DNA of 10,234 nt from Prasinococcaceae sp. CCMP 1430 (GCA_013416795.1 RQSC01000020.1:80494-90727), one strand, 5' to 3'; shown: positions 1 to 7,100, counted from the first letter of the stretch. Notes: generated by a model not told the origin, from the letters alone. Translations and numbers: made by a program.

Positions 1-450
1 GCGCGCCGCGCGCGCGCCCCGCGGAGCGCGCGTCCCGAAATCGCCCGCCGCGAATTCCCCCGCGGAGCGCGTTTCGCCGCGCGCAGTTCCGCCGAATCGC
101 ACCCCTCCGGCACCTCATCTTCGAGATCAGTATCATATCACCCACGGGCGATCTCTTTATTCGTGGTCGAAGCGGTCGCGCGCGGCGCGCGCGCGCGGCC
201 CGCGGGCCGAACCGCACTCGCGTCGACTCACACGTTTCGCGGGCGCGTTTCCGTCCCCGTCCGCCGACCGGAACCGCGGCGCCGCGCGGCCGAATTCGCG
301 CGGCTCCGGCCCCGGGTTTTCCTCCTCCCCCCCCCGCGCGCGCGCGTTTTCCCGGCGCGCGGCGCGATTGATCGGCGCGTTGACAGTTGCCGCGCGCACC
401 GGCGCCAATGCCCATCAAAACGAATGCGAATGCGAGGGCGTACCGGTCGA

Positions 451-474
451 CGCGCGCGCGCGCGCGCGCGCGCG
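451..474. repeat. (CG)12 dinucleotide tract
   Basis: Perfect cgcg... run 451-474 read directly. Bases 467-476 (cgcgcgcgtg) and 481-490 (cacgcgcgcg) also form a perfect 10-bp inverted repeat with a 4-nt loop. Confidence 0.95.
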
Positions 475-660
475 TGCGGGCACGCGCGCGTCGCGCGAAC
501 GCCCATCAAAACGAAGGCGAACGCGGCGACCGCGGTTGCGTACCGGCAGCCGGTCAACCGCGCCCGCGTTGACTTCCGGCGGTCCGAGGGCGCGGCCCCG
601 CGCACGCGCTCAGCGACCGCGCGCGCGCCGGCGCCAAACCGAAGCCCGGAATCGGAACCG

Positions 661-732
661 GAGGCAGGGGGAGGGAGGCAGGGAGGGAGGGAGGCAGAGA
701 GGGAGGGAGGGAGGCAGGGAGGCGGAGAGGCA
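661..732 (+). repeat. Purine-rich GGGA/GGCA composite tandem repeat
   Basis: gaggcagggggagggaggcagggagggagggaggcagagagggagggagggaggcagggaggcggagaggca: almost only G/A, with recurring gggagggagggaggca units. Confidence 0.9.
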
Positions 733-884
733 GCGCCGCTCCGCACGGCCTGACCACAGCCAGTCTGCCCGTCCAACAGTCCGCGCGTCCGCTCCACAGC
801 CACCCGGCCTTGAGTGCCAGTGCCCTGCTCCTCCGCGTTTCGATCGATGCTGCCCTGGGCCCGCACCCGCCCGGGGGGTCGGAA

Positions 885-904
885 CGCGCGCGCGCGCGCG
901 CGCG
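885..904. repeat. (CG)10 dinucleotide tract
   Basis: Perfect CG run read directly. Confidence 0.95.
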
Positions 905-1020
905 GGTCCGGGTCCGCCGCGGGGCTCGGAACGCGAGAAGAGCTCGGAAAAGCGCCCGGCGGGGCCCGACGTGAATTGCGTACGCGCACACGTTGCGTAC
1001 ACGCACACAACCGTGTGCAT

Positions 1021-1034
1021 ACACACACACACAC
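1021..1034. repeat. (AC)7 microsatellite with degenerate CA/TG-rich flank from about 980
   Basis: acacacacacacac, preceded by tacacgcacacaaccgtgtgcat. Confidence 0.9.
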
Positions 1035-1052
1035 GGCGTTGGTCGTGCGGCC

Positions 1053-1064
1053 ATAAAATAATAT
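1053..1064 (+). promoter_or_regulatory. TATA-like AT-only island (ATAAAATAATAT)
   Basis: 12 consecutive A/T bases in ~70% GC sequence, followed about 25 nt later by a pyrimidine-rich patch (tctccccctttcgctcgctcg). Function is inferred only. Confidence 0.3.
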
Positions 1065-2704
1065 GCCCATCACCACCCATCCACAGATCTCCCCCTTTCG
1101 CTCGCTCGTCCGCGGATCCCACACGTTTTCACCCGCCGCGTCAGCGCCGCCTCGGATCGTGGCTCGGCCTGCCTGGGCCGCACACAACGTTTGCAGCGCG
1201 CGCGCGTGGCGCACGCCGACGGATCCCACGCGGGGCAGAAGCGTTGACCCCCGCCCGGCCCCACGACGCCGCCTGCCCCTCGGCGGATTCCATGACGGCG
1301 CGTTTGACCTCTGCAGGCCCGAGGTCGGGCGGGTGGACCGCACGGCGAGAATTCGGGGCCGGGCGGCGCCAGCCGCCGGGAGGCTTCGGCAATTGCCTCC
1401 GTGGATCGGACCGAAGGGGCCATCTGTCCAACTGGGGCGCGACGGGCGGACGCGTCCACGTGTGCGATGGGACCAAGGGCGATCCTCGGAGGGAGTTGCT
1501 CACGAACCCCAATCCGGGCGCGAATCTGCCACGTGTGCGACAGCCGGACCGAAAGTTCCACTCATCGGACGCGGCCACGCGGCGGCCGTTACGGCCCGGG
1601 GGCAGGCGGTTAGCACGCGGCTGCGAGGCCCGCGGGGGCACGCGGCGCACCTCAGAACGCCACGAAGGCAGGCCCGCGTGTCGCCGCGCCACAGAAAACT
1701 CGCCCCTTGACAGTTATCTGAGCCGCGGAGGGGCATCAACATACCATGATCAACGACACTCAACGTGTTGAATGTGAACGACACTGAATGTGACCTCGCA
1801 TATGCCACATGGCGCGTGCGCGTGGTGCTCGTGCACACCGCGCGGCGGTAGAGCATGGTCGCCCGTGGGTATGTACATCATGCTTCTGACCTCGCGCAAG
1901 TCCTGGCCTCTGCCGGGCTCCGCGTGAAGGCTCCGCCCACGACGTCGCGCTCACGATCAAAAGCCTTCGCGAACCCACACGCGTCCACCTGTCCGCCCCG
2001 GGGCATGCACGCGTTCGACGGCCCGCGGCATTTCTTTTCGTGCCGCCGTCACCTTTGGCAGTGGGCCTCCGGTCAGCCCGCCAGCCCTGCGCGGCGTGGA
2101 CCCGCTGGCCGCACGAACGCGTAGGTTTGGTGTGGTAGGTGCCCGCAGGGCGCTGGACCAACGCGCTCGCCCCAATCACCTGATGAGTGTGCCGCGCCCT
2201 GCGGCTGCCGGCGACGCGCTTCAACCTGCTGACTGCGTGAGCTGCGCGTGCCATGGGGCACCCTCCGAGTGTCAAGAGCCCGATTTTTTTGTTCGCGGGC
2301 TCTGGCGGCGCGCGCTCACGTCGCGCAGACGAGATATTGCCCGGCGCGCGCGCGCCGCGAATTCGGCATCTCCGCGGCGCGTGGGCCAGGGGTCAGCATC
2401 GCCGGCCGTCGGAGCGCCGACTTCGAGACGCGCCACGTGCTGGGCGCGTACAGCCTGTACCGCGCACGCCGTGGGGTCGTCGTTGTGCTCACGCGATGGC
2501 GCGCCACCAACCCGAGATGTGTCATGCCGCCCATGGAAAGCCATCCGTCCATGAGGACGCGCGGACTCGGCCGGGCGCCGACTGAGGCTGGTGCTGGTAC
2601 AGAGATGCGTGTCGTTTTACGTTGCATTGGGTTTGATTGTACAGCAGAGGCGGCGCGCGGCCCCCGCGAGCGCCGCAGAGACGCTCGCTCGCACAGCCGG
2701 GGGC

Positions 2705-3565
2705 TCATGCGCAGTCCGCCTTGAGCTTGTCCGCCTTGAGCTTGTCCGCCTTGATGAGCTTGCGCGCGAGGTGGTAGCCGCTGCTGAGGAACAGCGCGAC
2801 GTTGACGGCCGCGAGGTTGTAGTTGAGCGGCTTGACGAGCAGCGAGTAGCGCGTGAAGAGCAGGCCGGTCATGGTCAGCGCCGAGTACTGCGCGAGGCTG
2901 ATCTTGTCGGTCGGTCGGTCCAACTCGAGCATGCTCGCGCCCGAGATGAACCACTTGCTCATGGGCGCCCAGAAGTGCACCGTGAACGGCCCAGCGTCCG
3001 CGACAGCGAAAGCGCTCACGGCGCCGAGCCCCGCGCCGGCGACGGCGGACCGCAGCGCCGGCCCGGCGGCGATGAGCGCACCGCCGGCGACCGCCGCGGC
3101 GGCTGCCTTCCGTGCCATCGCCACCACCTCGTCCGATCGCCCCGCGTCCCACTTGGCCTGCACCGCGCGCCTCCCCTGGTTGAGCTGCGCGACCACGTTG
3201 GTCGCGTGGCATGCGCCCAGCGCGAAGTTTTGCGGCCGCACGACCCACGCCCAGCGCGCGAACAGCGACGAGTACACGGTCAGCACGCCGGTCATGGGGA
3301 GAGAGATCAGCTCGGGCCCCGAGTTGGACGCGTCGTAGATCGCCGACCCGGTCATGCCCCAGGCAGCGACGCCCGCGACTGCCCCCCACACCTCCGCCGA
3401 GGTCCACCAGCTCTCGTCCTTCGCGCCCGCGTCAACGGCGGCGGCGGCGGAGCCGCGGGACCGCGCCTGTGCCGCCGCGTGCCGCACGAGCGACGGCGCC
3501 GCGACGGAGGAGGTCGCGGCCGCTCGCGTCGTCGCCGTCGCTGCCACGCCGCGCTGCGTCCTCAT
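2705..3565 (-). CDS. MPC: Mitochondrial pyruvate carrier, tandem MPC1-like + MPC2-like fusion protein (286 aa)
   Basis: ATG at 3565, TGA at 2705-2707. aa 53-133 match the MPC1 pattern (WG...GPELIS..MT..L..YS.LF.R.A..V.PQN..L.ACHATN..AQL.QG.R). aa 191-270 match the MPC2 pattern (AGP.TVHFWAP..KW...RP.DK.S..Q...L..TG....RYS....P.N..L.AVN). GC3-rich codons and no sign of introns. Confidence 0.93.
   Translation of the reverse strand: MRTQRGVAATATTRAAATSSVAAPSLVRHAAAQARSRGSAAAAVDAGAKDESWWTSAEVWGAVAGVAAWGMTGSAIYDASNSGPELISLPMTGVLTVYSSLFARWAWVVRPQNFALGACHATNVVAQLNQGRRAVQAKWDAGRSDEVVAMARKAAAAAVAGGALIAAGPALRSAVAGAGLGAVSAFAVADAGPFTVHFWAPMSKWFISGASMLELDRPTDKISLAQYSALTMTGLLFTRYSLLVKPLNYNLAAVNVALFLSSGYHLARKLIKADKLKADKLKADCA
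2714..2753 (-). repeat. 15-bp coding tandem repeat (about 2.7 copies) encoding KADKL-KADKL-KAD at the MPC C-terminus
   Basis: gtccgccttgagctt at 2714-2728 and 2729-2743, partial copy gtccgccttg at 2744-2753. Confidence 0.95.
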
Positions 3566-4134
3566 CGCCAGAGTTCGTCGAGCTCACGTAACGCGACCTC
3601 GTGCTCGCGCTCGCCCCACACGCCCCGCGCCGCACCACCCACGCCGCATGCCCCGTGTGCCACCACACACACCCCTGCCGCCCCCCACGCTCGAGCAGCG
3701 CTGCGGGCGTGGGGCAGAGCAGCGCGCTGCAGCAGCAGCCGCAGCAGCAGAGCCCCGCGCACCGAACGCGAACGGATAAAGAGACAACCCTGATGATATC
3801 ATAACCCCAAACCCCCAACCCCAACCCACGGTCGCATACCCCCCTCCCACCCCCGGATCCGCGGCTGGCACGCCGGGCGGAGGGGTCCCGTCCGCGCGCG
3901 GCGCGCCCGGCGGCGTTTTGTGTGGGGCTCGGATAGGGGGTTGAAGCGCGCAGGGGCGCGTCGCGGGGTCGTCGATCGGCGTCGCGGTTTGCGCGTGGAA
4001 TTCGAACGCGAATGCGAGTTTCGCGCGCGCGCGGGGCCGAGGTGGGGGTCCCCAGAGAGAGAGGGTGCGGGGTGGGTTGGTGGGGTTGGACGCCACACCG
4101 ACGCGCGGCGGCGGCGGTGGAGCACCTGGGTGCG
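3566..4134. promoter_or_regulatory. Divergent (bidirectional) promoter and 5'UTR region shared by the MPC and karyopherin genes
   Basis: About 570 bp between head-to-head start codons (3565 minus, 4135 plus). C-rich on the left and G-rich on the right. Transcription start sites are not determinable. Confidence 0.65.
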
Positions 4135-7100
4135 ATGGCGGTGGAGCACCTGGTTGCGCGGCCCCCGATTTTGAGCGCGGTGCCGCTCGCGCCCGCCGAG
4201 CTCGCGGCGGCGCTCGACGCGTCGCAGCGCGCCGGCGACGTCAAGGCGTAGGCGTGCCCCGCGCACGAGAAGCCCGCGGTGCGCGCGGCGCTGCTGCGCG
4301 CGCTCTGCTGCGCGCCCGACGAGAGGGTGCTGCGCCTGCTCGCCGACGCCTTCCGCGAGCTCGCGCAGGCGGACTTCGCGCGCCACACGAAGGCCGCGGC
4401 GGCCGCCACGCACGCCCCCGAGTGGAGCTCGCTCGTCGCCGACCTGCAGCAGGCGCTCGCGTCGTCCAACCTGATGCCGGGCGCCGACGGCGCGCCGCAG
4501 AGCGCGTCGCCGGTGCGCACCTACAATGTGCTCGTCGCGGTGAATACGCTGCTCAAGCCGTACCAGTACTTCCTCGATGCGACCAAGGTGCGCGAGGCGG
4601 CGCCCCAGTCGATGGAGGCCGTCGTTGCGGCGCTCTTCGCGCCGCTGCTCGACATCTTCAAGTCGGTCGCCGCGCAGTACACGGGCGGCGCGGCGGCCGC
4701 GGGCCCCACGCTGCACGTGCTGCTCAAGGCGCTGCACCACAGCGTCCGGGCGTACATGCCGAACGCGCTCAGGCCGCGCGTTGCCGAGTGGGCCGACGTG
4801 GCCAGCGGCGTGCTCGCCTCGGTGCCGGCGGCGATAGGCGCGGGCGTCGAGGACTGCCGGACGCACAAGCGCGCCGTGCAGATCTGCCTCGCGCTGGTCA
4901 CGCGCCACCAGAACGTGCTGGACGCGGCGCGCATGCAGGCGATGGCCGAGGCCGGCTTCGAAGCCGCCAAGACCGTCGTGGGCGCCGCCGCCGCCGAGGA
5001 GCTCCCCGGGCGGTGGGAGATCACCGGCTCCTACTGCTTCGACCTCATGTCGCGCCTGCTGGAGACCACGGGCGGCTGGAACCTGCTGAGCTCGCACCTG
5101 GGCAGCATCGTGAGCACCGCGGCCATTCCCGCGCTCGCGATGCGCTTGCAGGACGCAGAGCTGTGGCACGAAGACGGCGAGGAGTTCGTGCGGCGCTGCC
5201 TGCCGTGCGACTCGGACGCGAGCTCGGGCCTCACGGAGGACCACTTCACGCTGCGCCTGGCGGCCCTCAACCTGATGGGCCTGATCGCCAAGGCCAAGGG
5301 CCCCCCGCCCGGGGCCAAGACGCGCTCGATGTCCAAGCGCAAGAAGGGCAAGCGGTCGGCGACGGCGCCCACAGGCGCGTCCATCATCACGCCGCTGCTC
5401 GAGGGCGTCGACCTCGCCACCGCGGCGCCCTTCGAGGCCACCTCCCCCACGCCGGGCGCGTCGCAGCAGTGCGCCGCGCTGCTCGCGTGGGGCTCCCTCA
5501 AGGAGTACCTCAGCGACCTGGCAAACCTCAGTGACGAGGGGCAGGCGGAGTCGGAGAAGCTGGCGCTCAACATCCTCGTCAAGCGCGCGGCGCCGGCGAT
5601 GGCCCTCGCGGATCCCTTCGTGGCGGCCCACGGCGCGTGGCTGGCGGGCGAGATGGCCGGCCTGCTGCCCGAGGGCAAGTCGGACCGCGCGTACGAGGGG
5701 CTCACCGTGCTGCTGGCGAGCAAGGACATCACGGTGGGCGAGGGTGACCTCGAAGAGGAGATGTCGCTCTCGCCACTGCGCTCGGCGGCGGCCAACAGCC
5801 TGTCGGCACTGCTGGAGGGAGGCACGGCGCCACCGCAGTGGGCGGGCCTCGTGGACGCCATGATGGGGCTGGCGCGCTCGGAGGAGGAGGAGGAGTCGTG
5901 CCGCGCTCTGGCGCTGGTCGAGGCCGCCGCCACGTCCTGCGCATCGGACGTGGTCGCCTACGCCGGCCCGCTTGCGGCCGCGCTCGGTGCCGTCACCAAG
6001 GGATGGCTCGCGCGCTACGCCGAGGACAACCCGAGTGCCGTCACCGAGCCGTGGCCGACTCCCGTCGAGAGCGGCTTCTCAGCGCTGGCTGCGCTGGCGG
6101 ACGCGTACGACGAGGCCGTGGAAGAGGTCGAGGAAGAAACGGATGCGCGTGCTGCGATCGAGGCGGGCCGCGCGACGCTGTCTGCGCCCCTCGCCGAGCT
6201 GCTGCAGGCCTTCTGGCTGAACCCCTGGTTCCAGGGTCCCGAGGGCATCAAGCCGCCGCCCTCGTGCGTGCGCGAGGGCTGCGTTCTAGTCGGGTGCATC
6301 CTCAAGAGCGCGCGCAGGGCCGGCGGCGCGGGCGCGGCGGCGGTGGCGCAATGGCGCGTGGAAGAGCTCGTGGCCGTGCTTGCGGCCTCACTCGCCGACT
6401 TCGAGCCGTGGGCTGAGGAGTGCGTGCAGGACGTGCTCGTGGCGCTCGATCAGATCCTCGAGATGCAGGAGGAGGCGCCCATGGGCTCCTTCGCCCGCGG
6501 AGCTGCACCTCACCTATGCGCGCTGCTGTCGGAGGGCGTTAAGCACGCGCCGGCGGAGGGCGCGGTTCAGCTCGCGCGCCGCGCCCACCAACTCATCTCG
6601 CGCCTGGTGGTCGCGGTCGGGCCACAAGGCACCGAGGCGGTCGTGTGCAGCCTCGCGGCCGCCGCCGGCGAGCGGCTGGACGCAATCGGGGCGAGCAACT
6701 TCGCGCGCCCGCTTGCGGTGCTGCTCGCTGCTTGCATCGCGCGTTCACCCGTGGCGGCTGCCTTCGCCGCGGCCGCGGCGGGCTGTCCGATGGACACCTT
6801 CGCTTTCGTCGTGTCGGACAGCATCGAGGAGGGGCACGTCGATGAGACGGACGAGGCGAGGATACTCGCGCTGGGCTGCGCGCGCGTCGCCACGCAGAGC
6901 GCAAGCAGCGCGGGTGCGAGCCAGTCTCTGGGCGCGCTCGTGACCGCCGCAGTTGCTGCCACTGCCCTCGCTGGGGAGCTCGCGCACGCCGAGGCCACGG
7001 GTGCTGAAGAGGAGGAAGAGATGGACGACGAGGACGAGGATGACGACGACTATGACGACGACGAGGAGGAGGAGGAGGAGGAGGAGACAGAGGAAGAGTT

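Noticed and set aside
17-71. 14-bp direct repeat ccccgcggagcgcg (17-30, 58-71)
   Set aside because: Almost all G/C in a very GC-rich stretch at the window edge, so it is too weak to interpret.
410-546. CRISPR-like repeat-spacer array
   Set aside because: Only two imperfect copies, a eukaryotic context, and no cas genes.
1362-1640. Structured ncRNA (RNase P/MRP or SRP-like hairpins; gaaagttcc at 1551)
   Set aside because: Short stems are expected at this GC content, and the conserved regions of those RNAs could not be matched.
228-1771. Long ORFs 228-1343 (minus) and 368-1771 (plus)
   Set aside because: They run through (CG)n, GGGA and (AC)n repeats and translate to RARARA, PPSL and VCVC junk. 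There is no codon bias or homology.
2182-2232. C/D box snoRNA (TGATGA at 2182, CTGA at 2229)
   Set aside because: Too short (~50 nt), with no terminal stem and no recognisable rRNA-complementary guide.
2705-2719. C-terminal prenylation signal on MPC (...KADCA)
   Set aside because: Cys is second from last, which is not a CaaX box.
3803-3827. Interstitial telomere
   Set aside because: Only about four degenerate units, not matching the TTTAGGG or TTTTAGGG repeats typical of green algae. Treated as a G4-like tract instead.
4019-4026. E2F-like sites TTTCGCGC (also 235-242 and 348-355)
   Set aside because: They arise trivially where a T-run meets a CG run in this genome, so there is no independent support.
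4249-4251. Genome-wide UAR-to-Gln recoding (as in some ulvophytes)
   Set aside because: Only one internal TAG and no TAA in about 2100 codons, whereas a full reassignment should give more. Kept only as a minor alternative in the finding.
4248-4272. Micro-intron starting at GT 4248 to remove the TAG
   Set aside because: The available AGs give 4, 22 or 25 nt introns. All shift the frame and are implausibly short.
3799-5631. 610-aa minus-strand ORF, and other long antisense or alternative-frame ORFs (4065-5534, 9018-10178, 2591-3793, 2316-3407)
   Set aside because: They are shadows of real GC3-rich genes. The translations are Arg/Gly/Ala-rich with no recognisable domain, and stops are rare at this GC content.
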